From Priapulus caudatus (Eukaryota), in NCBI RefSeq assembly GCF_000485595.1, contig NW_014577077.1, forward strand, positions 746,063 to 810,062: a stretch of DNA of 64,000 nucleotides, written 5' to 3'. A program made the position numbers and the translations under genes. The notes under the pieces are model-generated. The model saw nothing but the letters and a program-made list of their open reading frames with translations, did not search any database and had not been told where the DNA came from. The stretch's first letter is position 1, and each line of letters begins with the position of its first letter. Positions 1 through 62,400 of this stretch are shown here, in pieces.

Positions 1-403
1 GCTAGTGTGCAGCGCATCATTATACGGTTGATTACGAGACGTGCTGATGAATTTGCGGGACCCACGACACGGGCACGATTCAAGATTCACAATTCACGAT
101 TCACATTGACACTGTGACTGTGACAGTCTGTGTAATGACTACTCACTGTACACTTTGCCATCATATGTAGGCTACTGTACTGTAGGCTATAGTGTACACT
201 AAGTGACACTGTACGCCACGATTTTTGCAGAAGTTTGAGTGTAGTCTCATACGTTCAGACAAAATGCGATTGGTGTTGAAGTACTAGGCCCTACTAATAC
301 TATAACTAATTTAACTATACGTATAAAAGTAACTAAAACTAGTAAAAGCAAGTTAATAGTATACGGCCCAACAACACTAAACGGGTAACAGAGCAAAATC
401 GAG

Positions 404-1084
404 ATGTCTAAATGTAGCTCACAGGTTGAGAATGGCTGTGACTTCGTCGGGATATTTATGAAGATGCTGGAAAATCCTGGCAGTGACTCAGGGAGGTTAC
501 AGTCACAGTATGCGTCATCTGAAATTGTGACACCGTCTGTTCAGGGTTCTGTATCCCGAACTCCACTATGTTCAGATATGCCGCTCTCAGTTCCTAATAC
601 ACTTATGGAAATTACACCATGCAAAGTAGCTGAGTGCCACCGGATTTCTATAAGGACACCAATGGAAGAGCTGAATCACACTGGGAATGGAATGGAAGCA
701 AAAACACCACTTTCTGTATCACCGAGAAAAGAGGCAGTCCCAAAACTACCAACCTCACTATCTTTGAGACAAAATACGGTTCCAGTAACTCCACTTTTAA
801 CACCTCTAAGACAAGTGGCACGTCTCAGAACATCAGGCTTGATGGAATCGGGAAAAGAGACACATCTGAAAACATCGCTTCCACAGAGACAGGAGGCGAT
901 GCTGAGGACGCCAACCTCGCTGGGCCTTAAAAACGAAGCATCCTTGAGTACATGTTTATCTACATCACCGACTTCAGTATCAGCCGAAAATCGAACTCCT
1001 GTGTTTGGTGAAACACCAACAACGAGATGTAGAACTAAAAGAAAGTTTCCTGGACCTGCAGGAATGCTGCCTGTATTAGGAAAT
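404..1084 (+). CDS. HROB: HROB coding exon 1 (S/T/P-rich disordered region ending [15 protein letters not shown])
   Basis: Long ORF from ATG 404; donor AAT|GTAAAT, phase 0. Confidence 0.75.
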
Positions 1085-1250
1085 GTAAATTTATACAGGA
1101 AATTATTTGCAGCTTACACTAGTCAGATTTTCTCGGAGTCAGTACTACATGATTGAGAATTCTTAGTTATTTGTTGCCATGAACCTATATATATATACTA
1201 GTACAGACATAGTATATATATATGTTCATGATACTGGTATATATATATAT

Positions 1251-1348
<98 letters not shown>

Positions 1349-4300
1349 TATAACACCACAATGCACATGCAACATTAGGCATATTGCACAAGAAACTGGT
1401 ATAGTACTGGAATTAAATTTGCAATGTGATTTGCAATGGTACCTTTAGTCATTGGACTCATATCACTAGGGCAGGGCTCGAATTAAGCGACGAGAAGGGC
1501 AAGGCAATTTTTTTAGGGCATGTGAGAAATCGCCTTGAATTTTCTCTAAAATGGAAGGGCACAAAGGCAATTTTAAAAGGCACCAAGGCAACTCTCAAAA
1601 TTTGAGAAGGGCACCAAGGCACTTTTGTAAAATAAAGGAAAACTCATAACAAATTAGTACATCAACATCGTCTTGCTTTTAATGTACAAAACAATATGCC
1701 CCCATGTAAGCTTACACCGTAACACTGACCCCTGTACCCCCCCTCTGCTAATGGAAGTAATGGAAGAAATTTTACATGCCCGCTATCAGGAGCTAATAAT
1801 TATCCGATGCCGTTATTATTCCCTTCTACGACTATCGGTTTTTAGCTCATCATTGCAACTACAGCACGCACGCGCACGTGTTATGTTGATTCGACTAAAA
1901 ACGAAACTAGGGCAGTAGATTAAAGGGCACCGACGGCAATTACACAAAAGGGCAAGGCAGGTGACTGCCGTCGGTCGGGTTGGATTTTCAGGGGCAGTAC
2001 GGCGATTGATAGGGGCACCGACGGCAATTGCCGTCGGTGCCGTCGGTTAATTCGAGCCCTGCACTAGGGTGAGGTCAGCCATGATCTTGTTTGGTGCATT
2101 TTTGGTATCATCATGAACATATCTATACCATACCATACAATTTAGGTATGTTCATTGTATGAAAAATAGGGTCTTATATCAGGGTTAGAAATTAACCTTT
2201 TTTCCAGGCAGCAAGCATTTACTACCATAGACAAAAAAAAACAGGGAGCAAACTTACTCACTTGGGCAAAAATCTGAGAAAACCATAGCAGTTCCACTCC
2301 CTCTCACCATAACATTACTGTGCTATTGCATCTGTTCATATGGAAGCTGGTTTGGCCCCTTCTAGCCCTGTTTTTCCTGATTCGTTCATTCTAAATATAG
2401 TCATCCTAGTGATGTCACGATCATCGATTATACTCGATCATCGGTTGAACAGTGGCTCGAACCAAGCGCCTAGTGATGTCACGATCATCGATTATACTCG
2501 ATCATCGGTTGAACAGTGGCTCGAACCAAGCGCTTGGTTATTAAAATCCATAATCGATTTCATCGGAGAAAAAAAAAATCGAAATAAATGTAAAACTTGA
2601 ACAAGAAAACTGGGAAAGGTGATGAGAATCAGAGATATCATCGCTGCTATACAAGTTATCCTTTATTAACATACATGTATTATACACACAGTAGTAAACA
2701 GGGCAAAACAAGCAATAAACAGGGCTAAACATGCACACACGTACATGCAGACGACGTTACGCACACGCAGGCATTCAACACCCCGAGTAACCGATTGTAA
2801 CCGAGCATCGGTTACTTGGGTCCAACCGATGATCGATTACGAAATTACAACCGATTGACAACAGTCTCATCCATCCTTAATCCAACTATTAACCTCAAAT
2901 TAAGTATGAGCAGTTACGTAGGGTCAACGCGGTTTAAAAAATTGACAACCCTGAGCAACTGGCCATCGATTTAACATATGTTACTTGTAACTTCTGTGCT
3001 CTTACTTTGGTTCATGAGGAATTTTTGACAGCAAGTACTTGGTGCCGACATTGAAAGCAGGCAGCAAAATTGCTGCTTGCTGCCCTTAATTTCAAACCCT
3101 GTTATACATATGTTTATATATATATATAATTACAAAAAATAATGAATTATTTGTTTGGTTTTTTAAGCCATTCGGGTCACCCAAGAATGAAATCGACATT
3201 ACAGTGGGATGTTCTGGTGAAAAGTCTCCAAGGAATCATCTGAAGGTGAGGCTTATATAGTTTCCATCAATATGGCTATTAGGTAAATTTCCTCCAATTA
3301 TAAATATATATTCTGTGAAAATAAATTGGCATGTATGAAAATGTGTGTTGCTGTGATGCAATGCTACAAATCCACGAATAAGGATTTGGTTGTCATAAAT
3401 CCCAACGTTTGGAGTGCTTGTGGTCATATATTGGCAGGGTGTGGTTTGAATTGTCTTAGCTTCAACATCTTGTAATGTGTAATGGGTAATGTGATTCACA
3501 TATTCTATTTCAACTGTAATGTCGTACAGGAGACCATATGCACTCAGACTGGCGATGAAGACTTTGCAGAAGAGTTATGGCGTGTGATGCAGAAAGATCT
3601 AGAAAATGAGCAGGCAAGCTCCTTGTCACACTTCAGATTATCCTGGGTACAGAGGAAGGTATGAGCAATTACTATTTCTAATCAATGGTCTGCATGTTTA
3701 CCAGTGGTATTGCACCATACTACTACTTCAGTAATTCTAGATTCATGCCTTTATCATGTTTTTAAATAAGACAGCTGTTCGCTTGTTTGTTTGTATGTTT
3801 TTTTATATTATATATATCTATATAATCAGCACAATGTCTGTTTGCATCTATTCATGTCTTTGTGGCTTATAGAACTTCTCCTTTACGACTGGCCTGATGT
3901 CAAACTAGTAGGTCCGCTTGGATACTTGGTAGGTGCCTGGGATAGTTCTTTGCAAAAAAGTTTCATGTAAGAAGCCTAACTTTTCATAAACGTAAAAAAT
4001 TGGTTGGCCAACCTACATAATGTGTTATTTATTGAGTTAGTACATTGACGAAAGTGCGAAACACAAGCTTGCGAGCTCCTTGCCATCAGTAAGTTAATAA
4101 CTAACTAATTGGTTGGCTAATATAACATCATGATCAGTTGCTAGGCAATGTTATAAACTGTAGTTCGTATAGGTTTGGTACTTGACAATGGTAGGTCTAC
4201 ATGGGTGATCAGTTAATTAGATTGTTTGCTTGCATGGTCGCTGGTGAACTACGGAGGCAGAAAAATTCAAGAACGTTTAATCTGCAAATCACAGCAAATA

Positions 4301-6457
4301 TTAGAATGTAACAATGCCAGTTAAAATATATGTATTCATCTCTATTTATCTTTGCTATCAATGACATCAATGTCTATATGTGCATATGTGTGTGCGTGCA
4401 TCCATGCGTGCGTTTGCGTGTGTGCGTGTGCGTGTGCGTGTGCGTGTGCGTGTGTGTGTGTGTGCGTCTGTGTGTGCATACACGCGTGTGTGAATGGCTT
4501 GCACATATGTAAACTCACTTTTATAATTTTTAGGCAACCATGAAGCAACTTCCTAAAGGAAAGGTACCATTCTTGTGCGTAATTGTGAAATCTGTGACAT
4601 TCACTGGTGCAGATGCCATCATAGTCGTAAAAGATCCTACAGGTGAGTTACAGAAGATAATTCGTCTGCTACGTGAGGTTTCTACAGAAGTTCAACTTCA
4701 TATATTAACTGTGTTACCATACTTTAAGCAACAGATTTTCGATTAAGAGAAAAGAAAGCATCATTTATTTGATAATTTATGTGAGATGGAAAGTATAATA
4801 TCATTCAAGAAAAAAAAATCATTCAAACATTGGTGAAACATTACTAATGCTAATGTATGCAGCCCATTATGGAAGTTGCCGTCTGTCTCACACAATTCAC
4901 CTATATAAGCACCATATTTTATAACAAGCTAGGTTAAAGGGACTATAGCTCACTCTATATAGTACTAGCATTTTTGTCATAAAATATAAACTGGAGATTG
5001 TATAGTTATATATTATAATATATATATATATATATATATGATTATACAAATATATAATTTTATACTTCTATGGTTAAGTTATTGCAATATACTTTTGACA
5101 GGAATCCGTTGTTTGTAACGTAGTAGTTGAGTAATTCATATTTGCTTGCAGGAGAGATGCAGGGCACAGTCCATAGACAGGTGATGGATGAACATGAGAT
5201 GACATTCAAGGGAGGAGCTGGTGTCTTTCTGAACCAGGTATGCATGGTCTAGATTCTAGAACCTCATCTGCAGAATGATGAATATATAATATGTGTGTGG
5301 AAATATATTGCTAATGGGATGCTTACTGTATGTAGCCATCAATAAGTACTTGTAGATTTCATTCAGTTCTTGCATGGGCAGTGAATTCTGTGTTTGGTGG
5401 GAGATTAGATTTTTTACATATATGCGATACAATCTTATGTAGAAAACATTATATTTCAGTGTGGAGTCTTCAGTCCTTCTCCAAGAAGTCACTATTTAAA
5501 TATCACCTCTAGGAATCTACTACGAATATATGTGCAAACAGAGGACAGCAAGGTTTCATCTCACAAAGTATTGCTTTATTCATTGTTAGCTTTTATTTTT
5601 TTTGCAGTAAAAGTAAAGCCAACAGTAAATTATGTAGATATTAAATATTGTAATTTCTTTTAGTTATTTTTAGTTTCCTTGTGTTTCCATTATTACTGAA
5701 AGCAATTTTCTTGCTATTTTCAGTTATCCCTGAATTGCCTTAATACTAAACATTCGCAGCTTATCCTGTTTACTTCATTATCAGAAGTAGATGATCTATT
5801 GTACACTTCCTATATAAAGGTAAAATTGTGAAGTAAATCTACTAAAGATTCTATGTTGGTAATATTTTGTACTCCTAAACCAACATTTTCTGTCTTTTTC
5901 AGGTATTGCAATTGAGTCTGAAAGATATCAGGGACAGAATCGATTCCCCGGAAAGCACCCAGAACCCCATTAATGTCACCAAACTTCATCACACACAAAA
6001 GAAATTGGTGGGTGGGCAAGAAGGCTCTACACCGAACATCCGTAATGTTGCACCCGCAGAAACACATAAGCTTGGTCATGAAGCAAGCTACTCTCCTAAG
6101 TTCACACCACCTGGAAAGCAAGATCCGACTGTGATGTCATCACTTACGTATAAAGCAGGTCAGAAAACAGAAGCACAAACGAATTCTAAGCGAACAACTG
6201 CTGTATACAGCCCCGTTACTAGTTCTCCACGCAATGTAAATTGGCAGGTTCGAACTCCCGCGCCAGCTGGTAGTAGTGAATCGGCCGACTATCGGGCAAC
6301 ACAAGGTGATGGTGGTATTATTTCTCAAAAGATGGCAGCACGCGTCATGAATTCGCCCATCGCTCGACCGGAGGAGCAGCCGCATGGTACTGGTGATGGC
6401 AAAAGTGTAACGGAGTTGATAAGCGGCATCGAAGATGAGCTGTTTGGCGATTTTTAA
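404..6457 (+). CDS. HROB: HROB/MCM8IP (C17orf53)-like homologous recombination OB-fold protein; join(404..1084,3168..3245,3530..3658,4534..4642,5152..5237,5460..5552,5903..6457), ~576 aa
   Basis: The spliced frame stays continuous across GT-AG introns. Motifs recognised from [71 protein letters not shown], and the acidic C-terminus [14 protein letters not shown]. The true start and the exon 6 donor (5552 vs 5567) are uncertain. Confidence 0.88.
1238..1343. repeat. (TA)n microsatellite
   Basis: Direct reading. Confidence 0.95.
1472..2061. mobile_element. hAT-type MITE, TIR CAGGGCTCGAATTAA, 8-bp TSD CACTAGGG
   Basis: Perfect TIRs and the same 8-bp flank on both sides. Confidence 0.85.
2180..3101. 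mobile_element. CAGGG-terminated MITE with a nested insertion carrying a ~64-bp tandem duplication (2406-2533)
   Basis: TIR CAGGGTTAGAAATTAA / TTAATTTCAAACCCTG; flanks TTATAT / TTATAC. Confidence 0.65.
3168..3245 (+). CDS. HROB: HROB exon 2 ([10 protein letters not shown]...NHLK)
   Basis: TTTTAAG| acceptor, AAG|GTGAG donor, 78 nt, open, phase 0-0. Confidence 0.65.
3530..3658 (+). CDS. HROB: HROB exon 3 ([17 protein letters not shown]...WVQRK)
   Basis: TACAG| acceptor, AAG|GTATGA donor, 129 nt. Confidence 0.85.
4534..4642 (+). CDS. HROB: HROB exon 4 ([12 protein letters not shown]...VKDPT), start of the OB fold
   Basis: TTTTAG| acceptor, CAG|GTGAGT donor; HROB motif. Confidence 0.9.
5152..5237 (+). 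CDS. HROB: HROB exon 5 ([12 protein letters not shown]...VFLNQ)
   Basis: TTGCAG| acceptor, CAG|GTATGC donor; phase matches exon 4. Confidence 0.9.
5460..5552 (+). CDS. HROB: HROB exon 6 ([24 protein letters not shown]...)
   Basis: TTTCAG| acceptor; two in-frame donors possible (5552 AAG|GTTTCA, 5567 AAA|GTATTG). Confidence 0.85.
5903..6457 (+). CDS. HROB: HROB last coding exon
   Basis: TTTTTCAG| acceptor; ORF runs to TAA at 6455-6457; acidic/aromatic C-terminus. Confidence 0.8.
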   Translation, partial: VLQLSLKDIRDRIDSPESTQNPINVTKLHHTQKKLVGGQEGSTPNIRNVAPAETHKLGHEASYSPKFTPPGKQDPTVMSSLTYKAGQKTEAQTNSKRTTAVYSPVTSSPRNVNWQVRTPAPAGSSESADYRATQGDGGIISQKMAARVMNSPIARPEEQPHGTGDGKSVTELISGIEDELFGDF

Positions 6458-7408
6458 TGAAACTCGGATATAAATTATTTAATGAGGTCTCTAATGCATG
6501 TATGCTACTAAGCACCCGTCTGCCATTTTGTGCACGAATGCACAATGGTAGTAATCTACTAATCTCACCATCTTTGTTACATATATTCTTAAATTTTACA
6601 TGCATGCAATAGGATTAGCTAAGCAAAAATGCTACATGTATATTACCAGTGAACTGGTTCCAATCATTATGCCGGCTTTGATTTTGTGCTAAAATATCGT
6701 GTTCAGATATTGAAAAATCGCGGATAATCATTCTATGTACAGACATGTAGATAGTCTGATGTATAAGTATAACTCTTGTATAATAGATTTATTTAGAATT
6801 GCTTCACAAAATTATAAGCAAGGAAATATGTACACATAACTTGATATTTAAAAAATGTAAAAAATCAGTACATGTTATACGTTTACCAGAGTTGTTACCA
6901 TAAAAATGTTCATTTGGAATCGATCTCCGCTGGTTTAATAGTAATATGGGAAGCAGTTTATTTGTTTTTATCACATTGCTTTGCTATGAGCAGTTTTTGT
7001 CGTTTTGTCACTTGATTGCAAAATGAAAACATTTTTGCATAATATTATAGTAGGACAAAGAAATTTACCTCTGGTTTTCATTGTTTTACTATTTTTGTTT
7101 TGTGCAAAATACACTCACAAAAGAAGTGAAAAACGAATATATTTGTTTTAAATAATAGTCAGTAAAGGAACGTTTTCCTAATACACAACACAAATATTAC
7201 CAAAGCCACATACATATCAGGAGTGAATAAAAGCAACGTTTTTTATTCATTCTGGTAAATGTGATTTTCTCACTTGCTATGCACACTAACCACGCACAAA
7301 AATATATAAAAATGGCAAATTTTATATTCTAATGTTTACTACCAGTAGGATTTTAAAGAGTATGTGTATTTGTTTCAATAATAGTGGAAGTACACGATAT
7401 CATATATC

Positions 7409-7440
<32 letters not shown>

Positions 7441-7528
7441 TATCGATAGTATTGTATAGTAATTGTTGTTTTTAGTAATGTCTTAATAATACTAATAGTC
7501 TATAGGTTAACTTCCTACGCTACAACTA

Positions 7529-7538
7529 NNNNNNNNNN
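7529..7538. other. Assembly gap (10 N)
   Basis: Run of N. Confidence 1.
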
Positions 7539-7603
7539 CCTTCCCCCTTACGGTTCGGTTGTCCCTTCGGTCGACGTCTCTAGTACTACGTATATACTAT
7601 ATA

Positions 7604-7639
<36 letters not shown>

Positions 7640-7872
7640 TATCGATAGATTGATGAATTGTGTTTTTTGAATGCTGAATATCAAATGCTATGGTAACTTC
7701 CTGCTCATAAAAACCTATTATTTCCTAAATCTAAATAATCGCTCGAACACAATGCTGTCGACCCAGTCATTTCATACGATTTTACAATTTTCTGTTATTG
7801 AGGCGTTGCGGAAATTTTGCTAAGAATTCGTAAAATTTTCCTTGCTGTAGTACGCTGAAAAATTGATTTATG

Positions 7873-8340
7873 CGTGGGAATAAATGATAGCGTATGACGT
7901 CAAGCTAACATTTCTCGTCAATACTTTTTAGAAAGAGCCGCTGCTGCTAGAGATATGTACTTCGCTAGTAAACGTACACAAGCATCAAAGAACTACTAAA
8001 ACATGTGTTCCATAGATTTTCAACGACGTTTGTTGTGGGGGTTTACATACTATAAAATATAAATTATGTCTAAAATATCCCCCCTGCCCAGCCGATGCAC
8101 ACGAACGCGGGAAATCGACACAGTGTCACGTGGTAATGTGGCGCTAAAGAAAGGGAACCACGTGGGCCGGGTTGAAATATGAGAAGCATTTCGGTCACTC
8201 GCGGGTTCGCAAGACGGTTGCGGTTCTAAATTTCTCTAGTCCGGACAGTATAGATTATATCCAACTCATTGCCCTCCCCGGCTCATTTCATATCCAAGCT
8301 CTACCTCGTCTGCGAACACGGGCTACGCATTCTTGACGGC
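7873..8340 (+). promoter_or_regulatory. Putative IGF2BP promoter/5' UTR with CSL site CGTGGGAA (7873), CRE TGACGTCA (7895), E2F-like GCGGGAAA (8107) and two E-boxes CACGTG (8127, 8159)
   Basis: Motif matches read directly in CpG-rich sequence upstream of ATG 8341; function not shown. Confidence 0.45.
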
Positions 8341-57736
<49,396 letters not shown>

Positions 57737-59485
57737 CAACAACAGCAAGCAAGCACAGTACTCGGACGTGAATACCTCGATACGAGAAGCCTGGCTGTGT
57801 AAAACCAAAGAGAATGACATCAGATCGAAGGATTCGACTACACCCTTCTTCCCCATTAGCATGGACTTTTAAACGACGAAGCTGTTCTCCGGTTGCCGGC
57901 ACGAGTGACATTCGTGGTCGTTGCCCTGGCAACGGCGACTACACGCAGATAGCGGCTGCCACCGTAACTGCTGGAAGTCGTCGCAAAATCTACTGTCGGC
58001 TGGCGCTGTCGTCCTGCTCTTTGCTTTTGAAGAGCTTATCAGCGATCCAGTTTTAAATTGGGAAAAAAACAAAAAATCAATGGCGTATAAATTTATATTT
58101 TTACGAGGTGATTTTATAATGGCACGTTTTGCTCAAAATTTTATTTCCGTAGATTTTGTCGACCTCGAAAGTCGGCCTACCGGAGGGCAGCTTCAACTTT
58201 TTCCATCGCACCAAGGCATCAAAAGACCAGAGTGGAATATCAAATAGTGGCGCCCCACAGTGGGGGGGCGATTACTTATTTTATATATACAGCAGCTGTT
58301 GATATTGTGTTGGTATTAATTATTGAGGATGAAAAAAGGAAAATCGAGGGCCAATGTTTACAAAAAATTTTAATGGTCCTCATTTTGTAATGGAATTATA
58401 CAAAAAAAATTTATTTTTGATACTGTTTGTGAGAGAATTTTTTGTTACAATTTTTATTGAGGTAAAATCGATATCGATGCAGCGATTTCGAGTGCAAGCT
58501 GAGAGCAACAAGAACTTGTGAGATTTCTCTCAGTCAGGCATGTTAGAAGTCCATTGGCTTTCAGTGTGTTAAGCTGGCGCTACACTCCGCTGTTGTTGGT
58601 GTTCCTACAAAAACGACGTTCTTTTGTTTTGAAACAGGCTGCTGATAATTATTCTGTTGTTGTGGGTTGCCGTAGCGATTCCCAAGCTTCCACTTAATCC
58701 GTGTGCATGGAAGGAGCCAAGCACAATTGCCATGCTTTATTGTGGACCTGGGTGAAATTTGATGCCTTTTTGCACTGATGTACATTAATGATCGATCGAA
58801 GATATCGCTGTGACTTGTGACTACGAGTCGTCACAGCTGACACTGGCAGACACCAGTCACAGCGAGTGTAGTCACACACTAGCCTATTTCAGGCAGATGG
58901 CCTCGTGAAAGTTTAACGCAGACTTGCCTAATGGACTTTACCCAAGAGTCTTAGCTTCGGATGTTGTCGGACGAGTCCTCTTCAGTATAAAGCAGCAGCA
59001 GCAGCAGCCGCAAACGTCTAGAGGTTCTGGTTCCCCGATTCTGATTTGTCGTAGAGTTTATAGCCCGTAACAACGGCGATAGATGCATGTAACAGCCAGC
59101 ACGGCCAACCTCTATCTCGCGTTCAACGTTCGGGAAAGGCCACCCGTCTTGATATGTCCTGTTACGCTACAGTTAACAACTAGCTGTACAGCATAGAATC
59201 GAGAATGGTTCTACACAGCCCATGTATCACACAGGCCGGATTAGACAGACCAGTATAGTGCATATTGGAAGGTGGTCATGCTGGTTGTTGCTCAGTAATA
59301 CATGTTCAGGGGCCTATCAGCATGGCCCTTACCAGCGATTATGAGTGCCTCGTGGCATGATGGAACCTTTAGGAGCATTTTGGAAAAACCGATTGCACTA
59401 TCCACTACTTGTACATGGATAAGGATTGAAAGGCTTACTGAACTTGACGATACACAAGTTCGCAAAATGCTCGGAAGGTTTGAAT

Positions 59486-59497
59486 CCTACTACCTCA
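59486..59497 (+). promoter_or_regulatory. let-7 target site in the putative IGF2BP 3' UTR
   Basis: CCTACTACCTCA is the exact reverse complement of let-7 nt 1-12; it lies upstream of AATAAA at 59873. Confidence 0.7.
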
Positions 59498-62400
59498 TAA
59501 TAAGTACCACGTTACGTTTTGTTCTGTTTGAACGATTCCTCTGCCACATTCAGAAGTGTGAACATGTGCATTCTACAGGCAGACGAAACCAGTGGAGTTG
59601 CAATCGCTGATGCTTGATTTATTGCTCCGCCGTGCCGTGGCGCCCTCGTGTGAGGCCGCGTGCATGGTGTGTGCAAACCAGCCCTGCCAGACGCTCGCCG
59701 TTGGCCAGTCACTTCATCGCGGGCGCCTTGCAGTGCCGCCTGGGGGCGGCGCTGCCGGCGCATGCGACGGCAGGGCTCAGCGGAGCATTGGAGAGTGCAG
59801 GACAGAGACGACACCAGCATGTGACGGCACCGTCTCTGTAGCTGCGCTCTTCTGCGCTCCACACAGCTTATAAATAAATATTCACCTCTGCACCTCTCTC
59901 GGCAGACTGCGTTCGTGCGATCGCCCTTTACACTAGCGTGTGGTGTGCCCCAACACCACGGGCTATAGCAGCCTGTCTGTGACCGTCTGCACCTGACATG
60001 CGGGCCGCACAAGTTTGCAGCATGTGTCGCCACCTAGTGGTAGTATGTCAGCCAAGAGGGTGCAGCAGGGGAAATTTTTGTGTCAATAATCCTGTATACA
60101 TTGCTGTGTTTTCAAACACACGTTGGTTTCTTATTATTTGCTGGAGACAGTTTCATAAGACCACCAGCACGAATTCAGTGGTTGTTAAACGTTGAGATGG
60201 AATTTTTTTGACCTGAAACAGTGGCGATCGAAAGTCTATCGTTTATCTGGTTTTCAGATGGGCTTCTTTATATGGCCAGAGGCGGTCGTGATATTCACCC
60301 GCTTTCTTTAGGTGCAGTTGTCAGTGGCAACAAATGGGGCCGGTTATTTGGATAGGCCCAGCCAAACATTGTTTATCAACACGAGTCTTATGAAACTGTT
60401 GAAGCCACAGTCATCTATAGTTAAAATAGTACCAGTTTGTAATAGTGGAATTATGATCATTGTTGCACCAGGATTGCTGCCGTAACTCGGTATACGTCGT
60501 GTTCTGTTCCGTGGGTCAGGGGTCAAGCTGGAACACTTGCATGATGACCACGCCTCCCCTGTGTGAGGGAGACCATTGCGTGCAGGCGCATGCTTGTTTT
60601 TTCGGTTGCATGTAACGTCCCAGTGCAGGCTGCCGCCAGGGCCAGCTCTTGTCCGTTGCACCCCCTCCCCCCGTGAAACTTGTGTAGGTACTTGAATATT
60701 GTAAGAGCTTATACAACTATTTAGGGCAAGAGTTGCATGTCACTGTTTTCATTAACCATTGTTGAAAATTACATTTTTGCTCTAAGTCGTGTAAATGGTA
60801 ATTATATTGCACCCTAGAATCTTTTTAGGAACTGTAGTGTTTAAACGTTAGTATCAAACTATGTTTTTGAGTTTTAGATTGCCAAAGTAATTTACGGACG
60901 TCTGAATTTGGTGTGTAATATTGTGATTGTTAGACAACTGTGGTCATGTGCTTCCCTTTCACGTGGTAATGTTTGATGGATTATTTGCTCCAAAATGGCT
61001 GACATTTTATCTGTTGTTAGTGAGACTAGTTATATTGAATGAATTGACAATGAAAGGAAACTACCTGACTGCAACCAACTTGACCCTTTGACCCCGAACA
61101 GTGTTTCTGTCATTCATCTTTGCTGAGTAATGTACAAGTAGTTTAAACGTTGCTACTAGATTTAATGATTTTGTTTCTGTATTAATGATAATCCATAGCG
61201 TGACATTTTCCTGTTGCATGTATGAAACAGTCTGTAGTAAGATGAACCTGTGAGGCAAGACCTTTGACCTACCGACCTGCAGGGGACCTCCGTAGTACCT
61301 GCCTGTACCTCGTGTCACTTTGACACAATAATTCTGCACTCTGTATCTGAATTCTACTGAACAAGTACAATACCTAATCATTGCAGCAAACCATGTACCT
61401 CAGCTAATGGGATGTTTGCACTCTCCACCATCAGGTGCCGCTTTGTATGGGCCAGTAGCTTATTTCTGCACCGTTACTGGAGCGAAATGCTCGAGTGCTT
61501 TTTGAGAGGCATGTCCGACCATTCATGTTTGAGACGCCACCTGGTGTGCGTTTTTGCGTTGCAAGAAGCACAAGGCGGTAGTGTGCGATAGTGTGGAAAG
61601 CTGCGAGCAAGCCCTGACAGTTGTAAACCCTCCTCAGGTGTCCCTGAACCTCACAGTTATAGCGAAAAATGGTAGTTTTAAGATGGAGAGGGCTCAGTAT
61701 GTGTTTTTTCAGTACACCACCATTGCTGCCACCACAAGTCTGGTGGTTCACCATACCCCAGTGCTTGTACTGAAGCCAAGGGAGCCTACCCAGGAACTCC
61801 CTTGGCTTAAACTGAACCAGCATGGCTACACTACTAGCAGCAGCAGCAGCAGCAGCCAGCCAGCCAGCCTATCCTAGCCAGCCTTCTGTGGCATATGCGA
61901 GACGCGGCATTCTCCAATTTTCTACCATGAGAATAAATTATTATATTATTCTACTTGTCTTGTCTTCATATTTTTCGTATTTGAAGGTTTTAACCATTCT
62001 ATTTTAAAGTCTGTTTAAATGTCTAGAAAACACTAATCACCACACTATCACAGTCACTATCTTATCTAAACACTATTTACACCTCTGGGATTGGGATTCT
62101 GGAACGTCTGTCAGGAACATGTCGCACAAGGTTGGACCCACAAAGATCATCTCGGGGAAAGGAAATCTTCTAATTTTATAAATTCCTTCCATTTGCATTG
62201 TTTAACAAATTAACCAAGCAAACTAAACAGGAGGGGGACACCCCCCTGAAGGAGGAAACATCTGATAGATGTCCAAAATTGATTGCATTTAAATTGCAAC
62301 TTTTTAACAATTCCACACAGTGGGAGGGGGACATCCACTCCAACATACTGATCCCCCTGGCACGTCATGCCTTTCAGCTCCCATGATTCCCCCCCACCAG

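Noticed and set aside
1179..1448. ORFs with IYIYIY runs, and similar CVCV/HTHT ORFs at ~4330-4550, 25650-26090, 27500-27990 and 53040-53530
   Set aside because: Translations of TA, GT and GCGT microsatellites
2406..2533. Two 64-bp direct repeats that could suggest a CRISPR-like array
   Set aside because: Only two copies, no spacer, inside a MITE in a eukaryotic intron
8269..8340. N-terminal extension of IGF2BP given by the ORF track
   Set aside because: Starts at TTG; family members begin at M.KLYIGNL (ATG 8341)
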